From Candidatus Pacearchaeota archaeon (GTDB lineage Archaea > Nanobdellota > Nanobdellia > Pacearchaeales > GW2011-AR1), in the NCBI GenBank assembly GCA_040879765.1, contig JBBDJQ010000001.1:333-64332 (forward strand): a stretch of DNA of 64,000 bases. Reading direction: 5' to 3'. Shown piece by piece: positions 51,625-60,498 of this stretch (positions are counted from its first letter, which is position 1; every line of letters begins with the position of its first letter). Under the pieces are notes generated by a model. That model saw only the letters and a program-made list of their open reading frames with translations, made no database searches and had not been told where the DNA came from. The translations under genes and the position numbers were made by a program.

Positions 51625-51855
51625 TTATTCTTTGCCCAAGTAGTAAGCTCCTCCTGCGAATTTCTTTGAACATTTTTTCCTTGTACATTGCCAAATCCCA
51701 CTTGATACTCTTTTAACTCCTTCTTTTGCGCAGAAAGGGCATTTTTGTTTTACCCTTTGCTTTGTTTCTACCTTTACAAGTTTGTCTTTTATTTTCTTTC
51801 CATACCTAGCGCCGAATCTTCCAGCCGATTTTGATTTTTTTGATTTTGCTGTCAT
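51625..51855 (-). CDS. rpl37ae: 50S ribosomal protein L37ae
   Basis: GRFGARYG, CPFC, GIWQC..C...FAGGAY. Confidence 0.96.
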   Translation of the reverse strand: MTAKSKKSKSAGRFGARYGKKIKDKLVKVETKQRVKQKCPFCAKEGVKRVSSGIWQCTRKKCSKKFAGGAYYLGKE

Positions 51856-51904
51856 TTTTATAAGATAATAATTAAAAATTAGTTTTTAAAATGTTTGGAG
51901 AAAA

Positions 51905-51977
51905 TGGGGCTGCCCGGATTCGAACCGGGGTCGTCAAGTCCCAAACCTGAAAGCTTACCAGACTGGCCCACAGCCCC
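51905..51977 (-). tRNA. tRNA-Pro(TGG)
   Basis: GGGGCTG...TCAGG-TTTGGGA-CTTGA...TTCGAAT...CAGCCCC-A. Confidence 0.95.
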
Positions 51978-52010
51978 TTAAAATAAGAAAGCTGGAGTGA
52001 ATTTATAAAA

Positions 52011-52670
52011 CTATTTTTTTTCTTCCGGTTTCTTTTCCGCAGTTTCAGTTGCAGGTTTTTCCTCAGTTTTTTCTGCTTCTTTTTCTGCCTCGGCTTCCTT
52101 AGCTGCTTGTTCTTGCTTAATCAAGATATCTTGCTTAGATTTTAGTTTCGAGATGAAATCCTCAAGTTCTGCTTTTTTATCTGCAGGAGTTTCTGTAATT
52201 TCTTCATTGATTTGTTTATCATATTTCCCTTCATCAATTTCTTTCTGAACATCTGTTGATTCTTTGCTTTCTATCAGGACTCCAAGGCTTCCACAAGTTC
52301 CAACAACAGATTTTGTTGCTGCTCTCAAATCCTTAGAAAGCAAATTTGGTAATTTTGTTTTTGCAACTGAAATGATTTGCTCTATTGAAGCATTTGCAAC
52401 TTTAACTTTTTCTTGAGCTCCAGAAGCTTTCTCAATTTTTAGTTCTTTTTTTAATAATTCTGAAACCGGAGGAGAAAAAACATTCACTTCTATGTTGTTA
52501 TCAGTATCTATTTCTAATTCTACAGGGACCTTAAGTCCTTTGAATTCTTGTGTGGCTTCGTTAACTTTTTGAATTAATTGCCCCACATTTAATCCAAGAG
52601 GTCCAATCTTTTGACTAAGTCCAGGATTGGGAGTTAAGTTTCCACCTTCAACCAACAATTTAATCTGCAT
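52011..52670 (-). CDS. rpl11: 50S ribosomal protein L11 with an acidic extension
   Basis: EGG...P.P...GPLG.N, F.G..VPV, PPVSEL, GTC.SLG. Confidence 0.93.
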   Translation of the reverse strand: MQIKLLVEGGNLTPNPGLSQKIGPLGLNVGQLIQKVNEATQEFKGLKVPVELEIDTDNNIEVNVFSPPVSELLKKELKIEKASGAQEKVKVANASIEQIISVAKTKLPNLLSKDLRAATKSVVGTCGSLGVLIESKESTDVQKEIDEGKYDKQINEEITETPADKKAELEDFISKLKSKQDILIKQEQAAKEAEAEKEAEKTEEKPATETAEKKPEEKK

Positions 52671-52929
52671 AGTCTTCTCCTTGAAGTTTAGTTCTTAAAT
52701 TTTCCCTTTCTCTTATTAAACTCCCACTAACACTTTGAGCAATTAATAATTCATTTTTATATTCGCTTGCATTATTACTTTTGAAGTTTGCCACATGAAT
52801 TTCTCTTTCAAAATTTTCCATAGCTCCTTCAAGTCCAGAAATTCTATGATTAAGAACCCCTATTTTAGATTTATAGATAATCTTTCTAACCTCATTAGCC
52901 AAATTTTTTAACTTATTCGTCGTCATCAT
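52660..52929 (-). CDS. hypothetical coiled-coil protein between spt5 and rpl11
   Basis: ORF overlapping both neighbours. Confidence 0.55.
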   Translation of the reverse strand: MMTTNKLKNLANEVRKIIYKSKIGVLNHRISGLEGAMENFEREIHVANFKSNNASEYKNELLIAQSVSGSLIRERENLRTKLQGEDYAD

Positions 52930-53389
52930 CGTCTCCTTCCTCTCTTCTTATAACTTTTATATTGTCTAATTTAACAGTTACCGGAAATTGGACAACTGCC
53001 CCAAATAAACTCACAACCACTTCCTCTTTTTGAGGGTCTATTCTCAAAACCTTTGCTTTTTCTCCTTTGAAAGTTTGCCCAATTATTTCTACAACATCTC
53101 CTTCTTTTATTATTATATTTTCCACTGAAGGCTCAACCATGCTTTGTATTTCTTCGTAGCTGATTGTCTTTCCAATTATTCCTTTTATATAGGGTAAATT
53201 GAATGCAGCTTCTTCTGCCGATTCTCTGTCTTCGGCTTCTAAAAGAACATATCCCCTTAACCCATGAGGCCTTGAAACTGAAAAAATATTCAAACCTTTT
53301 TTCTCGGCTCGAGCTGAGATTAAATCTATAGCTCTTTCTTCTTTGTTTGTCGTAACTTTTATTATAAAAATCATTTTTGTTTGTTCCAC
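52913..53389 (-). CDS. spt5: transcription elongation factor Spt5/NusG (alternative ATG at 53374)
   Basis: NGN domain LRGYV.LE; KOW GD.VEII...FKGE.AKV. Confidence 0.93.
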   Translation of the reverse strand: MEQTKMIFIIKVTTNKEERAIDLISARAEKKGLNIFSVSRPHGLRGYVLLEAEDRESAEEAAFNLPYIKGIIGKTISYEEIQSMVEPSVENIIIKEGDVVEIIGQTFKGEKAKVLRIDPQKEEVVVSLFGAVVQFPVTVKLDNIKVIRREEGDDDDDE

Positions 53390-53452
53390 TAGCCTTAGAT
53401 AAATAAGGAATAGTAATACTAGTTAAAAATTATCGTTTATAAGTTTTGGGGT

Positions 53453-55537
53453 TTAGTCTTTGAGGCAGCGGACTGAGGCACTAACTCCTTCGGGATTGCC
53501 ATAGGCTAAACTACCCCCAGATGAACTTGATTGGTAACTCAAAGAATGCATGAAAGCATAAGGGGATGTGTCTGACCAAAAATAAGCTTCTTCGTTTTTG
53601 TCCATGTAGGATCCATCTTCTTTCAATCCACCAGGTAATGCGGAGAATCCACTTTCATTGTTGGCTCCTGAATTAGGTTCTTTCCATAACCCCTTCCCAT
53701 TTTCTAAAGTTCCGGTTGATTTCATTTTTCCTCCAGCAGTTAAAGAACTGCCCAAAAAATCAAATAGAGAATCCCAGTCTGATTCTGATGGAAGATGCCA
53801 CCCTCCAGGGCATGATTCTTTTGAGCTTTCAAAATCATACAATCTCCCATAAATCTCACAATTAGAGAACAAGTCGTTGTAACAAGAATCTCCTTCTGAT
53901 GAATTATAATTTAAATTTTTAGCCATCCAAGTTTGAGAACCTATTGTAACTATTCCATATGATTTTCCATCTCTCGGGTCAACAAAAATTTCTTGGTCTT
54001 CTGGAATCTCACCATCGTAATCATCATCCCCACTCCCAGGATTTTCAAGCCCTTCAACTCCCACTTCATACAAAAGTTTATTTGATCTTATCAAAGTTCT
54101 TGGAGAGAAATCCCCTATGGCAGAACTCAAAACTCCTGTATCCATCCCAATCTGTGCCTCCAATCCACCATAAAGACTTAAATGAGAAAAGCTCGTTTTA
54201 AATTCAAAGCCTCCACCAACTCCTACAAAAGGTCCTGCAATCCCATAGAATAAAAAACTCATTCTTAAATCCAACCCAGTTTCAAAAGATTGTGCTCTTG
54301 AATTAGATAGGTCGAGATCAAAATCATTTGAAAAATTGTGGGTTGTGCCCCATTGCCCCCCAGTATATTCTAGTCCTGCAGATAAATTGGCTTCCTGTTT
54401 TACCAATATTGAAAGAGGAGAAAGGGTGCCATGCATGTTCACATAAATTCCTATCTCTGGGGAAATCACTATTGGAATTATCCCTGCATACGCAGCTATA
54501 AATGGACTGAAATCTATATCCCCTATCTTCACTTCTTTTTCTAAAACTAAATCTTGCAAATAGCTTTCTTTCTCAACCCTCAATTCTGAGGTTTCATTAA
54601 GATTTAATTCAAATAACAAACGTTCTATTCTTCCATCTTCTTTCTTTATTTCGAATCTATATCCAGGGTCAAAAATAATCTTTCCAGAGACTCTAATTTG
54701 ATCATTTGTTGTCAATGGGTTTTTATCAAAATCATAGATTATGAAATCGTTGAAGGATAATCTAAGTTTTTGATTGTTAGAATCATCTACAGAAACTAGT
54801 GCCCTTAATGCTAAATCTTCTCTGTAAGATTGATGAAGCTGTTCATTTTCAAAACTCACAATAGCTCCTTGTGTAGACAACTCTCCACTAGCGATATATC
54901 CTCCATCCCCAATTGCTTCTTCAAGGGTGGTTTGAGTTGTAAAAGCCGCTTTCTTGTCCGAGGATAAGCTCTCAACTTTTTTAAGAAAACCATTTGGAGC
55001 TTCTTGACTTGGCGCAGAGACAACAATGGTTCCTCCTCCATAATTAACTGGCTCAGAGAAATAGATAACATCATTTTCATGTGAGAAAAATTCTACATTT
55101 TCCATTTCTTTTTGAGAAAAAACTTTTACCTCCTGTTCTTTCACACTTATATTGTAGGTTGTATCTTTAAAAGCGCCGTGAGGATCTGTGCAAACTGCTT
55201 TAACACTCGATGTTCCAATTTTTTCTATGACTATTTCTTCATCCAATGAACTTGACTTCGGCCCAGATATGAGAAACCCATCTAAATAAAGGGCATAGTT
55301 CAAATCACTTCCTTCAGGATCTGAGCAAGAATATCTTAAAGAAACGGCCAAAGGGGAATCTCCTTCCAAAGGTGATGCTGATTGGGTTCGAATTATTGGG
55401 GCTCTATTTGAATTTTGAAGTGGTTGAGAGGTTTCATTACTGCCCGAACCCCCACCACTGCATGCGGCAAGTGAAGAACATAAAAGAATTTCTAAAATTC
55501 CTTTTCCAAGTTTGCTCCTTGATTTTTCAGAAAACAT
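53453..55537 (-). CDS. lipoprotein with a C-terminal FISUMP (Fib_succ_major) domain
   Basis: LAAC lipobox; DPRDG..Y..V.IG.Q.WMA.NL, YGRLY, CP.GWHLP, GF.ALPGG, SVRC. Confidence 0.88.
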   Translation of the reverse strand: MFSEKSRSKLGKGILEILLCSSLAACSGGGSGSNETSQPLQNSNRAPIIRTQSASPLEGDSPLAVSLRYSCSDPEGSDLNYALYLDGFLISGPKSSSLDEEIVIEKIGTSSVKAVCTDPHGAFKDTTYNISVKEQEVKVFSQKEMENVEFFSHENDVIYFSEPVNYGGGTIVVSAPSQEAPNGFLKKVESLSSDKKAAFTTQTTLEEAIGDGGYIASGELSTQGAIVSFENEQLHQSYREDLALRALVSVDDSNNQKLRLSFNDFIIYDFDKNPLTTNDQIRVSGKIIFDPGYRFEIKKEDGRIERLLFELNLNETSELRVEKESYLQDLVLEKEVKIGDIDFSPFIAAYAGIIPIVISPEIGIYVNMHGTLSPLSILVKQEANLSAGLEYTGGQWGTTHNFSNDFDLDLSNSRAQSFETGLDLRMSFLFYGIAGPFVGVGGGFEFKTSFSHLSLYGGLEAQIGMDTGVLSSAIGDFSPRTLIRSNKLLYEVGVEGLENPGSGDDDYDGEIPEDQEIFVDPRDGKSYGIVTIGSQTWMAKNLNYNSSEGDSCYNDLFSNCEIYGRLYDFESSKESCPGGWHLPSESDWDSLFDFLGSSLTAGGKMKSTGTLENGKGLWKEPNSGANNESGFSALPGGLKEDGSYMDKNEEAYFWSDTSPYAFMHSLSYQSSSSGGSLAYGNPEGVSASVRCLKD

Positions 55538-55538
55538 C

Positions 55539-55718
55539 TTAAGTAAAAATTCCCATAATAATAGAAATTGTAAAACCTACTAAACCAATTGCTAAAATTC
55601 CAACTGCAGAAATCTTGGTAACCATTTCGAACTCTTTCATCGTCGGTTTTCTCAAAACATACCAAACTCTTCTACACTTCATTGCAAAAGCTTTTAGGTT
55701 GTCTAATTTTTCATTCAT
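55539..55718 (-). CDS. secE: protein translocase SecE/Sec61-gamma
   Basis: RVW....KP...EF....K....G....G..GF. Confidence 0.92.
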   Translation of the reverse strand: MNEKLDNLKAFAMKCRRVWYVLRKPTMKEFEMVTKISAVGILAIGLVGFTISIIMGIFT

Positions 55719-55959
55719 AAGAAACAAAGAGATACTTCATTTTTAAGATTTGCTGGAATAATTATTTCTAAAATTTGATGGTTTTGATAAAACAGCATTA
55801 ACCTTTGATTTATAAAGCAAAGGTTCGTAGATTAAGAAGATTTATATCATCTAATTCTTTCATCGCAGAATCAATTTGCTCTTCAGCTTTCCAGTAATCC
55901 TCTTGAGTATACCTTGTGTCTATTCCAGAAACTCCATAAATTCTATCTTTTGTGTATTT

Positions 55960-57066
55960 TTACTCAAAGAACTCTATCCCCAATTCATCTTCGATTTCTT
56001 GGTGTTTCCTTTCATCAAGGCTTTCCCTGTGTCCAAAAATCTGAGAACTTTTTACACCTGTGGCTATGATTAAGACCCTTATGGTTTTGTCCATGTCTTG
56101 AGATATTTTTGCTCCTCCAATAAGTTTTGCTTCTGGGCTTAGTTTATTCCCAATATATTCTATGATTGCCTTATATTCATCAAGACTCATATCGTTTCCA
56201 CCAATCACATTTACTAAGGCTCCTGTCGCGCCAGAGATATCTGCATCTAGTAAAGGGTTATGGGTTGCTTTCTCAACAGCTTCGATGGCTCTGTCTCCGG
56301 TGTCTGATTCACCCATTCCAATTAGTGAAACTCCTCCATCCGTCATAACTGCTCTGATGTCTGCAAAATCCAAATTAACCAAACCAGAAGAAGTCACCAA
56401 TTCAGTTACTCCCTTCACGGCATTCGTTAATATTTCGTCAGAAATTTTAAAAGCAGTTTGTAAGGGCAAGTCTGGAGCTAATTCAAGAAGTTTGTCATTT
56501 GGGATTACAATTAAGGTATCCACAATTGACTCCATTTTTTCCAAACCATTCATGGCATTCTCGATTCTTTTCTTCCCTTCAATTGTAAAAGGCAAGGTCA
56601 CTATTCCAATAGTTAATGCTCCTTGTTTTTTTGCTAAACTTGCAACAACGGGCGCAGCACCAGTACCTGTTCCACCTCCAAGACCACAGGTTATGAAAAC
56701 CATGTCCGCTCCGTAAAGTTTCTTCTTTATGTCAGATTCTGATTCCCTTGCAGCCTCTTCACCAACGCTGGGATTGCTTCCCGCTCCAAGTCCATGAGTT
56801 AATTCCCTTCCAATTAGAATTTTTTGATCTGCGTTTGCATAAAGCAAATCTTGGGCATCAGTATTAAGAGCTATCAACTCTCCTCCTTTTATTCCTATTT
56901 CCTTCATCCTATTCAAAGAATTATTTCCTCCACCACCAATACCAAAAACTTTTATCTTTGTTGTTTGTTTCTTAATCAACTCTTCTAATTCCTGGTCTAT
57001 TCCCATTACCTCTGAAGCCAAATTGTCAGAATTATTAGAATTCTGACTTGAGTAAAATTCATCCAT
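55960..57066 (-). CDS. ftsZ: cell division protein FtsZ
   Basis: GGGGNN, GGGTGTG, NLDFAD; likely ATG at 57066. Confidence 0.98.
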   Translation of the reverse strand: MDEFYSSQNSNNSDNLASEVMGIDQELEELIKKQTTKIKVFGIGGGGNNSLNRMKEIGIKGGELIALNTDAQDLLYANADQKILIGRELTHGLGAGSNPSVGEEAARESESDIKKKLYGADMVFITCGLGGGTGTGAAPVVASLAKKQGALTIGIVTLPFTIEGKKRIENAMNGLEKMESIVDTLIVIPNDKLLELAPDLPLQTAFKISDEILTNAVKGVTELVTSSGLVNLDFADIRAVMTDGGVSLIGMGESDTGDRAIEAVEKATHNPLLDADISGATGALVNVIGGNDMSLDEYKAIIEYIGNKLSPEAKLIGGAKISQDMDKTIRVLIIATGVKSSQIFGHRESLDERKHQEIEDELGIEFFE

Positions 57067-57097
57067 GGTAAATTCAAAGTCAAGAAGTTTATAAGAA

Positions 57098-57781
57098 TTA
57101 TTGTGATTTTTTCTCAATGTTCTCTTGAAGATTTGCTTCCTTCTTTTCCTCTTTTTTCTCTTCAACCACTAAATCTAAATCAAGCATATCTTTTATCTTA
57201 TCCTTAAATAATTCTGAAAATTTTTTGAATTTTTCATCAACCTTCAAGATTAATTTTTTGCCCTTTATTTCAAATTCAATTTCTTTTCTAAAAATAAATT
57301 CTAAAAAAGCCTTGGCTTTTTCATTAATGTCTTCCAATTTCCTCAAAACATTAACCTCATATACAACCGTTTTTCCTGCGACAGGATTATTGAAATCCAC
57401 AGTTATTCTTCCCCCAGAGACTGAAAGCACTTTTCCAACTTGCCCGTCAAAATTGAACAAAACACCAGGAATTGGTTGAAGATTTTGCTCTTTGAAAACT
57501 CTCAAAGGAACTAATTTTATCAATTTACTTTCCCTATTTCCAAAAGCTTTTTCTGGTTCTAATTCAATTTCATATCTCCCAATTTCTTTGCCTTCAAGGA
57601 AATCCTCGACGCCATTCAGGAACATCCCCTCCCCTAAGGAAAGTATAAATGGTTTTGGCTGGGTGTTCTGATGGAGGTGCTCTTTCTCTAAAATCTCTTT
57701 TATATTTGAGTCAAAAATTTCCCCGTCTTTCACTTTTCCCACAAATTCGATTTCAATAAAATCCTTTTTCTTAAAAGCCAT
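57098..57781 (-). CDS. FKBP-type peptidyl-prolyl isomerase (long archaeal type)
   Basis: GEIFDS, PEKAFG.R, VDFNNP.AGK. Confidence 0.9.
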   Translation of the reverse strand: MAFKKKDFIEIEFVGKVKDGEIFDSNIKEILEKEHLHQNTQPKPFILSLGEGMFLNGVEDFLEGKEIGRYEIELEPEKAFGNRESKLIKLVPLRVFKEQNLQPIPGVLFNFDGQVGKVLSVSGGRITVDFNNPVAGKTVVYEVNVLRKLEDINEKAKAFLEFIFRKEIEFEIKGKKLILKVDEKFKKFSELFKDKIKDMLDLDLVVEEKKEEKKEANLQENIEKKSQ

Positions 57782-57831
57782 GAAAAAACACAATTAAAAA
57801 TCTTTATAAATATATTTACTCTAAAATTTTA

Positions 57832-58221
57832 ATGGTTTCAAAAATAATTGATGCGACTCAAGCAAGAGTTGGGAATAACATAATGGTTGATGGTACTCCT
57901 TGCATTGTTAAAAGTATTGATGTAAGTAAAACTGGAAAACACGGGCATTCCAAGGCAAGAATAGAGGCTATTGGAATAGCTAATGGACAGAAAAAAGTTT
58001 TTGTTGTTCCAGGGCACGATAAATTAGAGATCCCATTTGTGGACAAAAGAAGGGCTCAGGTTCTTTCAATTGAAGGAGATAAGGTCACTGTTATGGATTC
58101 TGAAAATTTTGAAAGTTTTGAGATTCCAATAAATGATGAAATAAAGAAAGAGATTGAAGAAAATTCAAATATAGAATATTGGGATGTTGAAGGTGAAAAA
58201 ATAGTAAGGAGGAAGGTATAA
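57832..58221 (+). CDS. eif5a: translation factor aIF5A
   Basis: SKTGKHG hypusine loop. Confidence 0.96.
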   Translation: MVSKIIDATQARVGNNIMVDGTPCIVKSIDVSKTGKHGHSKARIEAIGIANGQKKVFVVPGHDKLEIPFVDKRRAQVLSIEGDKVTVMDSENFESFEIPINDEIKKEIEENSNIEYWDVEGEKIVRRKV

Positions 58222-58382
58222 TGGCAAAAATCTTAGAGGCTCAAAATAGACTTTTCAAAAATGTTTTCGTTTGTAAAAAATGTCAAACAAAAGTTAAGGC
58301 TACTCCTGTGAGAATTCTTGAAGGGAAGGTCAAATGTAGAAAATGTAAAAAAGCGGCTTTCAGACCGATAAAGAAGAAGTAA
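58221..58382 (+). CDS. rpl40e: 50S ribosomal protein L40e (not in ORF track)
   Basis: EA..R.F...VCKKC...KCRKC....RP.KK. Confidence 0.85.
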   Translation: MAKILEAQNRLFKNVFVCKKCQTKVKATPVRILEGKVKCRKCKKAAFRPIKKK

Positions 58383-58383
58383 G

Positions 58384-59850
58384 ATGGCCATAAGCATTTT
58401 CGAAGTATTTGACATCTTATTTTTGATTGTGCTACTTGGCTCGTTGATTTGGTTCTTGAAAAAAAATAAAAAGAATTTGGTTAAGGAAGGTGGTTTATAT
58501 TTGTATAAAACTTCTTGGGGGATAAAATTAATAGAAAAGATTGGAGGAAAATATAAAAGAACTTTGAGTTTTTTATCTTATGTTTCGATAGCCACAGGAT
58601 ATGTTTTAATGGTGGGAATCTTATATCTTTTAGGAAATACAACTTTCCAATATCTTACAAACCCACTAATAGTTGAAACAATAAGGGCACCTCCAATAGC
58701 CCCAGTAATCCCCTACTTCCCGCAGTTATTTGGACTTTCTGAATTTTTTCCGCCTCTTTATGCGGTTTACTTTATAATTTCGATTTTAATTGTTGCTACA
58801 ATCCATGAATTCTCTCATGGAGTTTTTGCAAAAAGATGGGGGATAAAAATTAAAACGACAGGCTTCGCATTCCTGAGTTTCTTCCCGGTTTTCTTCGGAG
58901 CTTTTGTTGAGCAAGACGATAACCAAATGACAAAAACCAGCAAGTTTAAACAAATGTCCATTTTATCTGCAGGTGTTTTTGCTAATATAATTACAGGTTT
59001 AATTTTCTTCATACTCTTAATTTTATTCTTCCAATTTGCATTTTCCCCTTCAGGAGTTGTATTTGATTCCTATGCTTATGAAGAAGGAATTTCACTCTCA
59101 AATATTTCGTTAGTAAATGGTCTTGCTTTTTCAAGCTCAAATTATTCTGAGTTGGTTGCATTATCAAACGAAGAGGGATTTAATAAAATAGAAGCCAACA
59201 ACATAAACTATCTAATAACTCAGGAAAGTTTACAGAGGCAACACAGATTCGTTGGTCAACAAAGTGTTTCTCTTTATTATGACTCTCCAGCCATAAATTC
59301 TAATCTTGAAAGAGCAATTTTTGAAATTAATGGAATCTCCGTTTCAAATCTTCAAGATTTGCAAAATGAATTATCTAAACATTCTCCAGGAGAGACAATT
59401 ACACTTAATGTGCTTGGAGAAGATGGGCAAAATTTTGATAGAGAAATAACTCTTGGAGGAAGCCCTTTAGACTCAGAAGATGCTTGGTTGGGAGTTGCCT
59501 TTTCAAATAGAGAAAATGGATTCATAAAAAGTCAACTTGTTCATTTCTTAAATTCTTTTAGACCAGACAACTTAGGTTTTATTGACAACACATATCATGA
59601 GCCACTTCTTGGAAATTTTTCGGTTTTCATATATTATTTGCTCTGGTGGATAGTTTTGATAAATTTCTTAGTCGCACTTTTCAACATGCTTCCAGTAAGC
59701 ATCCTTGACGGGGGAAGGTTCTTTTACCTAACGCTTCTTGGGATTACAAAATCAGAAAAAATATCCAAATTTATTTATGGAATAATGGGTTATTTTATAT
59801 TAATGATATTTATCTTATTGATGTTAAGGTGGGTTGTTAGTTTCATATAA
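58384..59850 (+). CDS. site-2 protease (M50) with a PDZ-like insert
   Basis: HEFSH, GAFVE, AG..AN, NMLP...LDGG. Confidence 0.93.
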   Translation: MAISIFEVFDILFLIVLLGSLIWFLKKNKKNLVKEGGLYLYKTSWGIKLIEKIGGKYKRTLSFLSYVSIATGYVLMVGILYLLGNTTFQYLTNPLIVETIRAPPIAPVIPYFPQLFGLSEFFPPLYAVYFIISILIVATIHEFSHGVFAKRWGIKIKTTGFAFLSFFPVFFGAFVEQDDNQMTKTSKFKQMSILSAGVFANIITGLIFFILLILFFQFAFSPSGVVFDSYAYEEGISLSNISLVNGLAFSSSNYSELVALSNEEGFNKIEANNINYLITQESLQRQHRFVGQQSVSLYYDSPAINSNLERAIFEINGISVSNLQDLQNELSKHSPGETITLNVLGEDGQNFDREITLGGSPLDSEDAWLGVAFSNRENGFIKSQLVHFLNSFRPDNLGFIDNTYHEPLLGNFSVFIYYLLWWIVLINFLVALFNMLPVSILDGGRFFYLTLLGITKSEKISKFIYGIMGYFILMIFILLMLRWVVSFI

Positions 59851-59911
59851 CCCCAAAAAGATATTTAAACTCCGCAACATTAAAAGTGTAAATAAAAAAA
59901 GAGGTTTTAAA

Positions 59912-59983
59912 ATGGCTAAGAAAAAAGCTGCTAAGACAACAAAGAAAGCTGCAAAGAAGACAACTAAAAAAAAGAAAAAATAG
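59912..59983 (+). CDS. 23-aa Lys/Ala/Thr-rich micropeptide
   Basis: MAKKKAAKTTKKAAKKTTKKKKK; GAGGT SD and an upstream ATTTAAA box. Confidence 0.65.
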   Translation: MAKKKAAKTTKKAAKKTTKKKKK

Positions 59984-60011
59984 CTAGTCTGTAAAAAATT
60001 ATTTTTTATTT

Positions 60012-60362
60012 TTATAAATCTATTATTCCTTCCTTTGTCAAGGCTGCAAATCTTATTCCAACTGGAAGATTTATCAAAGCAGAAATAAGGGCCATGTGCT
60101 CTTTGCCATCTCCAGAAGCCAAGCTTAACGCTACTTCAGTTCCTTTTATTTTTCCCTTTAATCCCTTAGATAATTCTTCTTTCAAATCTTTTATTTTTTT
60201 ATCTAAATCTACTTTTACAAATTCGAATTTTTTTTCAGAGGTGAATTTTTTTGCAAATTCATCTCCAAGAACAATTATCTTTTCCCATTCCCCATATTTA
60301 ATCAATCCAGAAACCTGTGCCCAAGTTCCTTTTCCCGTAGATAGTAAAACCACTAACTCCAT
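60012..60362 (-). CDS. hypothetical protein, possibly CARF-like Rossmann fold
   Basis: LLSTGKGT and ALSLASGDGKEHMALISA motifs. Confidence 0.75.
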   Translation of the reverse strand: MELVVLLSTGKGTWAQVSGLIKYGEWEKIIVLGDEFAKKFTSEKKFEFVKVDLDKKIKDLKEELSKGLKGKIKGTEVALSLASGDGKEHMALISALINLPVGIRFAALTKEGIIDL

Positions 60363-60431
60363 TATACTGGTGATTTAGGCAGATTTATAAGAATTGTTGT
60401 TCAAAAGTTTTATAAACCAAAATCTTCTGTC

Positions 60432-60498
60432 TTTCCTACCGATAAACTACATCATCAGGAAATACATTCTAGGTTTCTGGTGCATAGGTAGGAGGAAA
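60432..60498 (+). promoter_or_regulatory. structured 5' leader of the rpl1-rpl10-rpl12 operon
   Basis: CCTACC/GGTAGG stem overlaps the SD; inner CATCAGGAA/TTTCTGGTG stem. Confidence 0.55.

Noticed and set aside
56162-56716. Long antisense or alternate-frame ORFs over ftsZ and other core genes (e.g. 18107, 18442, 32973, 49030)
   Set aside because: Shadows of well-supported genes with no independent motifs.
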